Below are positions 9,861 to 19,436 of a stretch of 64,000 nucleotides of DNA, one piece after another. A program made the translations under genes and the position numbers. The DNA comes from Dehalococcoidia bacterium. GTDB taxonomy: Bacteria > Chloroflexota > Dehalococcoidia > GIF9 > AB-539-J10. Position 1 is the stretch's first letter, and every line of letters begins with the position of its first letter. Under the pieces are notes generated by a model. The model had not been told where the DNA came from. It saw only the letters and a program-made list of their open reading frames with translations, and made no database searches. The stretch covers positions 32,001 through 96,000 of the forward strand of contig JAUWOR010000001.1 of the NCBI GenBank assembly GCA_030612025.1, in the 5' to 3' direction.

Positions 9861-9981
9861 GAGGCTGTTTAATTTTGCCTCATCCAGTTTTAATACCCGT
9901 TCACCCCCAAGATCCTCGTAGTGCGACCCTTTAGGGTCGTGCACGAGGCTAAAGCCTCGCACTACACTTTTAAACACCCTC
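9861..9981 (-). mobile_element. MITE-like element with REPIN core A
   Basis: Terminal inverted repeats GAGG(C/G)TGTTTAA; core GTAGTGCGAGGCTTTAGCCTCG-TGCA-CGACCCTAAAGGGTCGCACTAC. Confidence 0.85.
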
Positions 9982-10050
9982 GCTCCTCCCACTAGGGGAG
10001 GGAGAATTGTAAGGAATTTTGCAATTGAGTATAGTATCAAGCGATTTGCT

Positions 10051-10277
10051 ATGTAGCTTCAAGGCATAGGCAAGATTCTAATTCTAGTCGGGGCTTTCCT
10101 CGCCTTCTTTGGCTTGCTTCTGGTCTTCTGGCAGAAGCTTCCCTTCCTGGGAAAGCTCCCCGGTGACATATTCATGCAAAAAGGAAACTTTCAATTCTTC
10201 TTCCCCATAGTGACTTGCCCATAATTAGCATCCTGCTTACCATCATTTTGAACTTCGTCATCCATTTATTCAGATAA
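10051..10277 (+). pseudogene. DUF2905 family membrane protein pseudogene
   Basis: M*LQGIGKILIL...LPFLGKLPGDI...FFFPIVTC, then frameshift to IISILLTIILNF; stop at codon 2. Confidence 0.8.
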
Positions 10278-10281
10278 AACT

Positions 10282-10309
10282 AAGTGAGCCTCCGTCTGGA
10301 GGCTCACTT
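10282..10309. terminator. Hairpin, likely bidirectional terminator
   Basis: AAGTGAGCCTCC-GTCT-GGAGGCTCACTT. Confidence 0.75.
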
Positions 10310-10575
10310 GTGAATATCGCTATTCAATTCTTAACCCCTACTCCTCCTTTTAGTTTCGGACTAAATATCCTTTGCCCCTAATTATTTAGGGCCCACTATA
10401 ACAAGCGAGAAGCTCGGGGCTTCCCAATGCTCCCCGCCAGTGCATCTCAGTTAGTATCAGCTACCTCCCCCTAGCACTAGCGGGGAGCTATTATCGGGAA
10501 AAATCCAGGTGCACAATAGCGCTTGCCGCATCATGCTCACCTCCTTCGCTAAGCAGAATCAAGCTTTTGCCTAGC
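10282..10575 (-). ncRNA. Candidate stand-alone structured small transcript containing a 25-aa ORF
   Basis: TTGACT-17-TAATAT promoter at 10610-10582, AAGGAGGTGA RBS, 15-bp internal stem, terminal hairpin. Confidence 0.35.
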
Positions 10576-10621
10576 ATTAATATATTAACAAATATGAGCG
10601 GATAAGTCAAATCAACATAGC

Positions 10622-10821
10622 GAGAGTGTTTATTAATTGGCAAAGAATGTCACTCTGAGCCCTTCGCTTCCTGTCATTCTGAGAGGGAGAGCCGAAGCCT
10701 TGAGCATAGCGAAAGGGTCAGCGACCGAAGAATCTCGCTCAGGACAGGCTCCGTGAAGAGTCTAAAAGAGATTCTTCGCCCGTAGGGCTCAGAATGACAA
10801 ATAGGATTACTAAACAGTCCC
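10622..10821. mobile_element. MITE-like element with nested TGTCA-type REP core (family C)
   Basis: TIRs GAGAGTGTTTATTAAT / GGGACTGTTTAGTAAT enclosing TGTCACTCTGAG...CTCAGAATGACA; inner part recurs near 51137-51230. Confidence 0.7.
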
Positions 10822-10893
10822 CTCCCCTTTTCTGGCACCCCCCAAGCTAACGCTAAAATGCTAAAATGAACTATTAAGAGCGATTAGTTTATT

Positions 10894-11862
10894 ATGGATA
10901 TCTGTGAAGAATTAAGGAGCAAGCTTAAAGAAGCTACCAAGAAGAACAGAGCCGATGCTATTCTCCTCTCAGGAGGACTTGATACCAGCATTTTGGCCTT
11001 CATAGCGAAGCCAGCCATAGCCTTCACAGTAGCTTTGAAAGATTCCCAAGCATCCGACCTAATCTACTCAGAAAAAGTGTCGAGACTTCTGGGAATAGCG
11101 CACAAAAAAATGGAGTTCAGTGTGGAAGAGGCACTAAATGCACTCCCTGAGGTTATCAGAATATTGAAAACCTTCGACCTCGCTTTACCCAACGACCTTT
11201 CCTTATACTTTGCCCTCAAACTTGTCCAGGAAAACAATGTTTGTTCCATCATGACCGGCGACGGAGCCGATGAACTTTTTGCCGGCTACTCTTACATGGC
11301 ATCACTCCCACCCAAAGCTCTTAAAAAGTATATAAGCCACCTTTCAAAAAGCTGGCACTTCTCAGCCAATGAGCTCGGCGAGGCTTTAGGCATTGAGGTA
11401 AAGCAACCTTTTCTCGATAAGGATTTCATTCGTTTCGCTCTGGAAATAAGCCCTGAACTCAAGGTCAAAAATGGCATCGGTAAACATATTCTGAGAAAGA
11501 GCTTTGGGGACTTAATTCCACCAGAGATAGTGTGGCGGAAAAAAGAGCCTATAGAATATGGCTCAGGTTCTAGTAGGCTTCGCAAAATAATAGAGAATAT
11601 GGTCTCTGAGGAAGAGTTCCGGGCAGTAAAAGAGAAAACTGGCATAAAATTCATCAATAAGGAACACTCTTTTTATTACCGTATCTATAGCGAAGTCGTT
11701 GGGGAAATACCTCAAACCTCACCATCGGCTCCCTCTCCATTTACTGGAGAGGGACGGGGTGAGGTAGAAAGATGTCCCTGCTGCGGAGCAAGCATGGGTA
11801 AATGGCATTGCAGGATTTGCGGCTTTTCACGACCTCTTAAGGAATACCTAACCAGTTCTTAA
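10894..11862 (+). CDS. Asparagine synthase-like ATP pyrophosphatase domain protein with C-terminal Zn ribbon (no glutaminase domain)
   Basis: LSGGLDTS, TGDGADELFAGY, PFLD, CPCC...CRIC. Confidence 0.85.
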   Translation: MDICEELRSKLKEATKKNRADAILLSGGLDTSILAFIAKPAIAFTVALKDSQASDLIYSEKVSRLLGIAHKKMEFSVEEALNALPEVIRILKTFDLALPNDLSLYFALKLVQENNVCSIMTGDGADELFAGYSYMASLPPKALKKYISHLSKSWHFSANELGEALGIEVKQPFLDKDFIRFALEISPELKVKNGIGKHILRKSFGDLIPPEIVWRKKEPIEYGSGSSRLRKIIENMVSEEEFRAVKEKTGIKFINKEHSFYYRIYSEVVGEIPQTSPSAPSPFTGEGRGEVERCPCCGASMGKWHCRICGFSRPLKEYLTSS

Positions 11863-12064
11863 CTCAGGTCAGAGACAACCCTAGTACCTACGCCAACCAT
11901 AATGACCTAGCAGTCAGTCTGAGTAACGTATGCCGTAGCCTTGGAACAGATGAAATGCAGCCATCAGCCAGCTTCAAAAAACTTGATCCTGGATTACTCA
12001 GACGAGCCCCTACGGTTCAGCCTTTTCATGTTATAATGTAGTCATCACGGAGGAGGTTCGTAAT

Positions 12065-12304
12065 ATGGAGGATTGGAAAGGACGCATCTCTATAGACCCG
12101 AATGTCTGTCATGGCAAGCCCTGCATTAAGGGCACACGAATCATGGTATGGATTATTGTAAGCTGCTTGGCTAACGGCGATTCTGTTGAAGATATCCTGG
12201 AGGCCTACCCAGGACTCAAGCGAGAAGATATCCACGCTGCCTTGGCTTACGCCGCAGAGATGACGCGCGAGAAGGTGCTGCCAGTAGAGGTAGCAAATGC
12301 CTGA
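12065..12304 (+). CDS. DUF433 antitoxin
   Basis: DPNVCHGKPCIKGTRI, YPGL..EDI.AAL.YAA. Confidence 0.9.
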   Translation: MEDWKGRISIDPNVCHGKPCIKGTRIMVWIIVSCLANGDSVEDILEAYPGLKREDIHAALAYAAEMTREKVLPVEVANA

Positions 12305-12672
12305 TGAAGCTCAAACTGGATGAAAACATTGATCCACGAGCCAAAGACATCCTAACGCAGGCAGGCCATGATGTTCTTACTGCGCAAGAGGAGGCACTCG
12401 GTGGGGTTCTGGATGACGCCGTTGCGGCAGCCGCGAGTCGTGAAGGACGTTGTTTGCTCACTTTAGACCTGGATTTCGCTAACATTTTCGCTTACCCCCC
12501 AGAAAGGTATGCGGGGCTAGTGGTGCTGCGCCATCCTTATCCGACAGTAAAAGGTTTACTGGATCTTGTTCACCAGTTCACTATTTCCCTATGTTCCCAT
12601 AACCCGCACCGACATCTCTGGATTGTGGAACCAGGTCGCCTTCGCATTCACGAGGAGACAGAGAGTGAATAA
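12304..12672 (+). CDS. DUF5615 PIN-like toxin
   Basis: KLDENI, GHDV, LLTLDLDF; coupled to DUF433. Confidence 0.9.
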   Translation: MKLKLDENIDPRAKDILTQAGHDVLTAQEEALGGVLDDAVAAAASREGRCLLTLDLDFANIFAYPPERYAGLVVLRHPYPTVKGLLDLVHQFTISLCSHNPHRHLWIVEPGRLRIHEETESE

Positions 12673-12694
12673 TCACTCATAGTGGGAGAAATAT

Positions 12695-12793
12695 ATGGCA
12701 AAGATTAAAATCACCAAGACCGAGCTCGTCTGGCCAGGCAAGTATGACGAGAATGGTCAGCGTAAGGAGGTGGAGAGGGCTGGGGTGAGGTAG
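12695..12793 (+). pseudogene. N-terminal fragment resembling a site-specific DNA methyltransferase (Mod-like)
   Basis: MAKIKITKTELVWPGKYDENGQRKEVER; runs directly into the displaced asparagine-synthase 3' end. Confidence 0.55.
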
Positions 12794-12870
12794 AAAGGTG
12801 CCCTTGCTGCGGAGCAGGCATGGGTAAATGGCATTGCAGTGTTTGCGGCTTTTCACGACTTGTAATATAA
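12771..12870 (+). repeat. Displaced copy of the asparagine synthase-like gene 3' end (repeat of 11745-11833)
   Basis: GEGWGEVERCPCCGAGMGKWHCSVCGFSRLVI* versus GEGRGEVERCPCCGASMGKWHCRICGFSRP. Confidence 0.95.
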
Positions 12871-12907
12871 AGTTTCTTTGCTTACTTCTTTTTCAAGCAG
12901 GGTAAGC

Positions 12908-13504
12908 TTACGCCTTTATCTTTACTGGAATGCCGGAAGCCATGAAGTAAACCTCATCGGCATGTTGGGCTAGAAGCTGATTGGCTTTGCCCAGGAGGTC
13001 TCGATAAACTCGACCCAGCTTGTTCTCCGGCACCAAGCCCAAACCTACTTCGTTGGAAACCACGATAAAAGTACCTTTATGTTTATTGATGCACTCAATT
13101 AGCTCTTTTACCTCGGTCATGACTTGTTTTTCTGCCTCAGAGATTGCTTCGCCGTTTTCACCCTCACCTTCGTCCTCTCCCGTCGAGGGAGAGGAAAAGG
13201 GTTCCCTACCTTCTCTAGTTAGAATATTGGAAACGAGCAAAGTTAAGCAATCAAGCAGCACTACATCGGCATCTTTAATCTGCCCTTTTAACTGTTGACC
13301 TAGTTTGATATCAATTTCTAAAGTCCGCCAGTTCTTGGGGCGCATTCTCTTATGCTCTTCAATCCGTGAAGCCATCTCCTCATCAAGAGGCTGTCCAGTG
13401 GCGACAAAGAGAACTTTCTCCCCGAGTTTTGTTGCCATGCTCTGAGCAAACCCGCTCTTGCCGCTGCGTGCCCCACCCAGAATGAGAATAAAACTTTTAG
13501 ACAA
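12908..13504 (-). CDS. cobU: Adenosylcobinamide kinase / adenosylcobinamide-phosphate guanylyltransferase
   Basis: GGARSGKS, RIEEH, DCLTL, VSNEVGLG; likely TTG start after GGAGG. Confidence 0.95.
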   Translation of the reverse strand: MSKSFILILGGARSGKSGFAQSMATKLGEKVLFVATGQPLDEEMASRIEEHKRMRPKNWRTLEIDIKLGQQLKGQIKDADVVLLDCLTLLVSNILTREGREPFSSPSTGEDEGEGENGEAISEAEKQVMTEVKELIECINKHKGTFIVVSNEVGLGLVPENKLGRVYRDLLGKANQLLAQHADEVYFMASGIPVKIKA

Positions 13505-13523
13505 TCTACCTCCAAATGTCATT

Positions 13524-13643
13524 GGGGCCGTTTAATTTTGCCTCATCCAGTTTTAATACCCGTTCACCCCAAGATCCTCGTAGTGTGACCCTTTAGGGTC
13601 GTGCACGAGGCTAAAGCCTCGCACTACATTTTTAAACACCCTC
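13524..13643 (-). mobile_element. MITE-like element with REPIN core A
   Basis: Near-identical to 9861-9981. Confidence 0.85.
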
Positions 13644-13726
13644 GTCGTTGGGAACCCCAAGATGAAGAATCTTTTGTAGACTCTTCGCTTCGCTCGCAAT
13701 GACAGGGAGAATCTGCTGGCTCAAAC

Positions 13727-14485
13727 TTAACTTAGCCAACTAGCTCCTCCCAATTCACCAATCAGTAACGTTAGAATGAGTGCGACCACTTCAGCAAATT
13801 CATTTATGGCACCATAAGTATCCCCGGTAAGCCCTCCAAATCTGGAGCAAAGATATTTTGAAACCACCAGGAGGATAAGGCCAAGCGCTGCCAAGAGCAC
13901 TGCCCCCCACCACTTCAACAAAACCAACACCACAATGAAGGAAAATAGAGTTGCCACAACCATACCCCAAAAACTTGCCCCACGCTTGATAGCCCACCCC
14001 ATACCTTCCTTTTTAGCCAGAGGGAAGAAGGAAATAGCATAGACCATCCCCCAGCGACTCAAGATAGGCATAAGTATCAGGGCACTTGCCCTCAATTGTT
14101 GCGGCAAGGCAACCAAAGAGGCAAACTTGGCGAGAATTAGACAACATCCCCCGACCACCCCAAACCCACCAACTCGACTATCAGACATAACTTTCAACCT
14201 ATCTAAAGTTGAGCTTTTTATGGCGAACCCATCACAGGTATCAATAAAGCCATCGAGGTGTAAAGCCCCGGTGAGAATAACAAGAACAATGACGAGCAAG
14301 ACATTAATTAGAATCGAGGGCAGAAATAACCCCAGCAAGTAATCAAGCCCGAATAGCACCAGGCCCAAGAACAAGCCTACTACAGGGAAGAAACCTATTG
14401 ACTTCCCTAAGTCCTCAGCGCCATACTCCCGACGACAAGGAGAAGGTATTATGGTAAGAAATTGCCAGGCAATCCAGAATCTCAT
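13727..14485 (-). CDS. cobS: Adenosylcobinamide-GDP ribazoletransferase (cobalamin synthase)
   Basis: FLTIIP, TGALHLDGFIDTCDG, GGLTGDTYGA. Confidence 0.95.
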   Translation of the reverse strand: MRFWIAWQFLTIIPSPCRREYGAEDLGKSIGFFPVVGLFLGLVLFGLDYLLGLFLPSILINVLLVIVLVILTGALHLDGFIDTCDGFAIKSSTLDRLKVMSDSRVGGFGVVGGCCLILAKFASLVALPQQLRASALILMPILSRWGMVYAISFFPLAKKEGMGWAIKRGASFWGMVVATLFSFIVVLVLLKWWGAVLLAALGLILLVVSKYLCSRFGGLTGDTYGAINEFAEVVALILTLLIGELGGASWLS

Positions 14486-14492
14486 TTAAGTT

Positions 14493-14615
14493 AAATCCAA
14501 AATTCTAATCAGAAAATTAAAAATCAAAGGTCAAAAGTCACAATGGCAATTCAAAAAGCAAACTTTTTAACTTTTGCTCTGTCATTTTGCATTTTTATTT
14601 TTGCCTTTTGCACTT
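14493..14615. repeat. Degenerate heptamer repeats (AAAATCA-like followed by TTTTGCA-like) forming an imperfect inverted repeat
   Basis: A-rich 7-mers followed by complementary T-rich 7-mers. Confidence 0.6.
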
Positions 14616-14617
14616 CC

Positions 14618-14762
14618 GAGAGCGTTTAATTTTGCCCCAGCTTTGATTTTAGCTTCATCTTGATTAAATCCAAGAATCTTCACCCCCGCGATTTTCGTAG
14701 TGCGACCCTTTAGGGTCGTGCGCACGAGGCTAAAGCCTCGCACTACATTTTTAAACGTCCTC
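14618..14762 (-). mobile_element. MITE-like element with REPIN core A
   Basis: GAGAGCGTTTAA...TTAAACGTCCTC ends, core A. Confidence 0.85.
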
Positions 14763-14789
14763 CATTTCAAATTATGTTGGCTATAATAT

Positions 14790-15851
14790 TTAATGCTTCT
14801 CCTTGGTGACACCAGCTTCAGCGAAGGTTGCCATCTCAGCCAAGGTCTTCACTGCTGCCTCGACGATTGCCATGCCTAATGCCGCACCTGTCCCCTCGCC
14901 AAGGCGCATCCTCAGATCCAGGAGCGGCGTCAATCCCAAGTATTGCAGCAACGCCTTATGCCCACTCTCAGCCGAGAGGTGAGCAGCGATAAGGTAATCC
15001 TTTAATCTGGGCGAGAGTTTGGCAGCGATGAGTGCAGCAGCCCCAGAAATAAAGCCATCAACGACTACAGGGACACGATGTGCTGCCGCTCCAAGCATAA
15101 CTCCGGCCAATCCTCCGATTTCAAAACCACCAACTTTGGCCAGCACATCAATAGGGTCTCGAGGGTCGGGTTTATTAAGCTCTAAAGCTTCTTGAATCAC
15201 CTCGGCTTTATGAGCGAGTTGCTTATTGGCCAACCCTGTGCCTCGTCCGGTGAGCTCTTCTACCGGTTCGCCCATAATAGCAGCACATATAGCACTACTG
15301 GCAGTGGTATTGCCAATGCCCATGTCTCCGGTACCTACAATGTCAAGCCCTTTAGCTATCTCATCTTCTACAATTTCAATCCCAGCTTCTATTGATTTCA
15401 TAGCTTCGCTGTGGCTCATCGCTGCCTCCCGAGCCATATTCTTCGTTCCATAAGCTATTTTCTTACAAATGAGGTTAGGATGTGGTGGGAGATCAGCCAC
15501 TGTTCCCATATCAACTACGACAACACGGGCATCAATAAAGCGGGCAAGAATATTTATGCCAGCACCACCACTGAGGAAGTTGCATACCATCTGTCCTGTG
15601 ACTCCTTGAGGGTAAGCGCTCACTCCCTCACTTACCACCCCATGGTCAGCAGCCATAGTCACAATAGCTTTGTGCTCAAGGCTATGAATTACCTTGCCCT
15701 TAATACCGGCTACTTGTATAGAAAGCTCCTCCAGCCGTCCTAGGCTCCCCTTAGGTTTGGTCAATTTATCCTGACGAACCTTAGCTGCCTCCATGGCCCT
15801 CTTATCCAGAGGCTTTATTTCTGTTAGTATTCGGGATAGAAAATCACTCAT
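14790..15851 (-). CDS. cobT: Nicotinate-nucleotide--dimethylbenzimidazole phosphoribosyltransferase
   Basis: [35 protein letters not shown]; start MSDF. Confidence 0.95.
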   Translation of the reverse strand: MSDFLSRILTEIKPLDKRAMEAAKVRQDKLTKPKGSLGRLEELSIQVAGIKGKVIHSLEHKAIVTMAADHGVVSEGVSAYPQGVTGQMVCNFLSGGAGINILARFIDARVVVVDMGTVADLPPHPNLICKKIAYGTKNMAREAAMSHSEAMKSIEAGIEIVEDEIAKGLDIVGTGDMGIGNTTASSAICAAIMGEPVEELTGRGTGLANKQLAHKAEVIQEALELNKPDPRDPIDVLAKVGGFEIGGLAGVMLGAAAHRVPVVVDGFISGAAALIAAKLSPRLKDYLIAAHLSAESGHKALLQYLGLTPLLDLRMRLGEGTGAALGMAIVEAAVKTLAEMATFAEAGVTKEKH

Positions 15852-15859
15852 TAATGCTG

Positions 15860-16963
15860 CTAACTCCTTACCTCCTTTATGGCAGCCACCAAGCTTTGGC
15901 ACTCGGGCAAGGTACGTGGTGCAACACGGATATATTGGGGAAGACCGAAGGAGCTACAGTCACGCACCAGCATTTTGCGTTTAAGCAGCTCGTGGCGAAA
16001 CTTTGAAGCATCGCCTACCTTAACTAGAAAGAAATTTGCCTCCGAAGGGAGCGGTGGCAAACCAAGGCTGGAAAGCTCAGCTATAAGATATTTTTTCGCC
16101 TCTCTAAGCTCAATTTGACAGCGCTTCAAATACCCTTCCTCATTCATAGCGATAATCCCTGCTTTCTGGGCTAGAGCATTAACATTCCATGGTGGGCAGA
16201 TACGACGTAAGGTGACAATAATCTCTTCCCTGGCTACTCCGTAGCCTAAGCGAAGTCCGGCCAAGGCATAGTCCTTAGTCATGGAGCGCAAAACGAGCAG
16301 GTTATTCCCTTCGATCATATCCAGTGAGGACCAGTGGCTACCTACAAAGCTGATATAAGCCTCATCCAAGACCACCAAAGAATCCTTACTGGCATCCAAA
16401 ATTCTCTTGAAATCTGCTTGTGAAAGATACCTCCCTGTAGGGTTATTAGGATTGCAAATAAAGATACCTTTAGGGCGATGCTGCTTAATTAAGCCAATAG
16501 TCTCATCTATGTTTAACAGGAAGGCATTTTCTGCTGATAGCTGCTGCTTTATAAGAGATGCCCCGGCAATTTGGCAGGCAACTTGGTATTCACCAAAGGT
16601 GGGCTCAATGATGAGAACTTTATCGCCTCGACCAAAGTAGGCCAGAGCAGTAAGGCGTATAAGCTCAGTGGAGCCGTTACCAACCAATATATTCTCTGCC
16701 TTTATTCCTAGCTTCCCAGCTAAAGCGTATCTTAGATGACAAGCCCCGGAATCAGGATAATGGGAAATTGCTTCGCTTAACTCATAACTAACACAGCTTA
16801 GCGCTTCCATCACTCCAGGTGGTGGACCAAGGGGGTTTAGATTAGCACTAAAATCGAGAACCTCCTGAGGAGCAATGCCTAGCGTTTCCAACTCAGCGTA
16901 GTCGATACCCCCGTGTGGACAGACTGTTACTCCTTGTATTTCCAGCCTAGGTAACAAAGACAA
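15860..16963 (-). CDS. cobD: Threonine-phosphate decarboxylase (PLP class I/II)
   Basis: [38 protein letters not shown]; operon context. Confidence 0.85.
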   Translation of the reverse strand: MSLLPRLEIQGVTVCPHGGIDYAELETLGIAPQEVLDFSANLNPLGPPPGVMEALSCVSYELSEAISHYPDSGACHLRYALAGKLGIKAENILVGNGSTELIRLTALAYFGRGDKVLIIEPTFGEYQVACQIAGASLIKQQLSAENAFLLNIDETIGLIKQHRPKGIFICNPNNPTGRYLSQADFKRILDASKDSLVVLDEAYISFVGSHWSSLDMIEGNNLLVLRSMTKDYALAGLRLGYGVAREEIIVTLRRICPPWNVNALAQKAGIIAMNEEGYLKRCQIELREAKKYLIAELSSLGLPPLPSEANFFLVKVGDASKFRHELLKRKMLVRDCSSFGLPQYIRVAPRTLPECQSLVAAIKEVRS

Positions 16964-17879
16964 GATGCGTCACCTCCATGGTTAAACAAAACAAAACCCA
17001 AAGTAGAGCAGCCACCTCGAGTAGCTTTATCCCAGAGGCAATGAGGTCGGGAGACAGGGGGTTATTAGGATTGCCCAAGCTATAGCAATCAGCCTTTTCC
17101 AGCCGAACCTTGAGTGCTCCTGCCGCGGCACTCATTGGCCAGCCAGCGTTGGGACTTTCAGTCTTGTCATGGTGGCGAAGCATAATCTGCCAGGCACCCC
17201 CACCATCCTTCCGGCATAGATAGGCAGCTATCACCAGCAGCAGCCCTGAGATTCGTGCTGGGATAAAGTTTAAAATGTCATCCAATTTAGCGGCGAATCT
17301 GCCTAAATGTTCGTATTTCCCATGATAGCCAATCATGGCATCCAGAGTGTTTACCATTCGATAGGCCACAGCGCCGGGGACACCGAAAAGCAAGAAATAG
17401 AATAGAGGGGCAACAAAGCTATCAGCCACATTCTCCGCCACAGACTCCACTGTTGCTGAGACCAGTTCTGGCTTTCCCAGGCTTTGGGTATCACGGCTGA
17501 CCAGACAGGACATCTCGGCTCGGGCTTTCCCTAGATTACCCCTGGCTAAAAGCACTTTAATCTCAAGAGCAGTCTGGCGCAATTCCCTAAAGGCAAAGGT
17601 TGGTTTTAGCAGCAAAGCGCCGGTGATTATGTAGCCTATTGGGCTAATCTCATTCACATAAAGTAAAAGAAAATAAACAGGTGAAGTGAAAATGAAAATA
17701 GTAAGCAAAACCATACCAGCGCCATAAATCAACTGAGCCCGTGTTCCCTGAGTAGGAGCGAACCTCTCCAAAAAGGAGATTACCTTCCCCATCCACACCA
17801 CTGGATGCATAACTCGAGGTGGCTCCCCAAGTAGCACATCAATGACCAAAGCCAGCAGCAGAATGAATAAACCTTCCAT
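16947..17879 (-). CDS. cbiB: Adenosylcobinamide-phosphate synthase
   Basis: GEPP..HPV, LVSRDT, ESVAEN..D, NTLDAMIGY, SPNAGWP. Confidence 0.95.
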   Translation of the reverse strand: MEGLFILLLALVIDVLLGEPPRVMHPVVWMGKVISFLERFAPTQGTRAQLIYGAGMVLLTIFIFTSPVYFLLLYVNEISPIGYIITGALLLKPTFAFRELRQTALEIKVLLARGNLGKARAEMSCLVSRDTQSLGKPELVSATVESVAENVADSFVAPLFYFLLFGVPGAVAYRMVNTLDAMIGYHGKYEHLGRFAAKLDDILNFIPARISGLLLVIAAYLCRKDGGGAWQIMLRHHDKTESPNAGWPMSAAAGALKVRLEKADCYSLGNPNNPLSPDLIASGIKLLEVAALLWVLFCLTMEVTHLVFVT

Positions 17880-17887
17880 CGCTTCCC

Positions 17888-18694
17888 CTACCGCTGAATA
17901 TAAGTTCTTTCCCTTTTACCTTCACCAGCCATGATAAGAGTAGCCGGCAACTTATTAACCGGGTGAGGATAAACGCATACTTCAGCACCATAGACCTCCT
18001 TAATATTCTGGGCTGTAAGCACCTCTTGTGGTATCCCCTTAGTATAAATCTGCCCTCCATCTAGCATAACCAACCAATCACAATATTGAGCGGCTAAATT
18101 CAAATCATGTAGGGCAGCAATGACAGTTAAGTTCTGCTCGAGGCAAAGGTTCTTAACCAAATCTAGAATCTCTACCTGATGATTTATATCCAGCTGTGCC
18201 GTTGGCTCATCAAGGAGGAGCACCTTTGGCTGCTGGGTTAAGGCTCGAGCGATAACAACCCCCTGCCTTTCCCCTCCAGAAAGCTCCCCTACCCTACGCT
18301 CAGCAAAGAGTTCGGTCTTCGTCGCTTCCATTGCTTGCCAAGCAATAGCCATATCCCTTTCTCCTTCGTAACGAAGAAACCCAAGATGGGGTGTCCGTCC
18401 CATAAGCACCACTTCAAAGGCAGTAAAGGCTTCAGGTAAAACAGGATTTTGTGGCACCACGGCAATAAGGCGAGCCAGTTCTTCTCTTTTGATATTTTTT
18501 ATATCCCGACCATCAACGAAGATATGCCCCGAAAAGATGCTGATTAGCCGAGTCATTCCCTTGATCAATGTAGATTTCCCTGAGCCATTAGGTCCAATGA
18601 GCCCCAACATCTCACCTGGCACCGCCTTCAGATTTATGTTACTCAAGATTGCTCGGTGGTCGTAGCCTAAACTAACGTCCTTTAGCTCAACCAT
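17888..18694 (-). CDS. btuD: Cobalamin/heme-type ABC transporter ATP-binding subunit
   Basis: GPNGSGKST, LSGGERQ, LLLDEPT. Confidence 0.85.
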   Translation of the reverse strand: MVELKDVSLGYDHRAILSNINLKAVPGEMLGLIGPNGSGKSTLIKGMTRLISIFSGHIFVDGRDIKNIKREELARLIAVVPQNPVLPEAFTAFEVVLMGRTPHLGFLRYEGERDMAIAWQAMEATKTELFAERRVGELSGGERQGVVIARALTQQPKVLLLDEPTAQLDINHQVEILDLVKNLCLEQNLTVIAALHDLNLAAQYCDWLVMLDGGQIYTKGIPQEVLTAQNIKEVYGAEVCVYPHPVNKLPATLIMAGEGKRERTYIQR

Positions 18695-18695
18695 G

Positions 18696-19424
18696 TCACT
18701 TTATCCCGTTTTGCTTAAATATAGCCTCCTTCACTGCTGAAGTCACTGCCCTGGCCACAAGCTCCCCCATCTTGCTATGTCCACCTAGATAATTTATCCT
18801 CGCTCCTTGCCCAGATACTATTATGGCATTATCGGTTCCTGTGCCTGTGGCTCGAATTTCAGGATTGTAAGAGCTTCTGATATCCAAATCTTCAAGGGCT
18901 ACTACCTTTGCCTCAGTTAAGGTAATCATCCCTCGAGCCATTGCCCCTTCCGAGAACGAGGCATTAGTTAAGACTATCACGTTAATAGTGCCCAAAGTCT
19001 CAAACTTTCCCTCTCTTTCCAAGCTTCTTGCCATATCAACTCCTATCCTTTGGGCATTGGATTTTGTTCCTGCGGTAACTAAAGCAAAGACCTTGAAATC
19101 TTGGTATTCTTCCTTCTTGAGGGCAAAATTATCCATATCTGCTCCGGTGAGTAACATAGCTGTCTTGGCTGAAGAAAGGTTTAAATCGCTAAGAAGCTTG
19201 TTCATATAGCCATCGTAATTTTGATGCACAAATTCCCATAAAGGAGGAGGATTATAGTTATTAGCCACTACTTTTACCTTCTTGAATCCTTCCCTAGTGG
19301 ATAAACATCTTCTTTCTTTGGCAAAGGAGGCTAAGAAGGTCTTCACCTCTACCCCTTGAAATTGGTGATAAATTATTTGGGCTCTTGTCCCTTCTAAATC
19401 GATTTCGATTTCTTTTTCTCTCAT
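18696..19424 (-). CDS. cbiZ: Adenosylcobinamide amidohydrolase
   Basis: LTGADM, VTAG..SNA, GTIN, TEAK, ATGTGTD. Confidence 0.9.
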   Translation of the reverse strand: MREKEIEIDLEGTRAQIIYHQFQGVEVKTFLASFAKERRCLSTREGFKKVKVVANNYNPPPLWEFVHQNYDGYMNKLLSDLNLSSAKTAMLLTGADMDNFALKKEEYQDFKVFALVTAGTKSNAQRIGVDMARSLEREGKFETLGTINVIVLTNASFSEGAMARGMITLTEAKVVALEDLDIRSSYNPEIRATGTGTDNAIIVSGQGARINYLGGHSKMGELVARAVTSAVKEAIFKQNGIK

Positions 19425-19436
19425 TGGGCAAGCCTT

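Noticed and set aside
9825-10040. ORFs with VVRGFSLVHDP or NVVAQFIGRLCLINQATT (also 14582-14812, 63483-63719)
   Set aside because: These are translations of the MITE/REPIN sequence, not genes.
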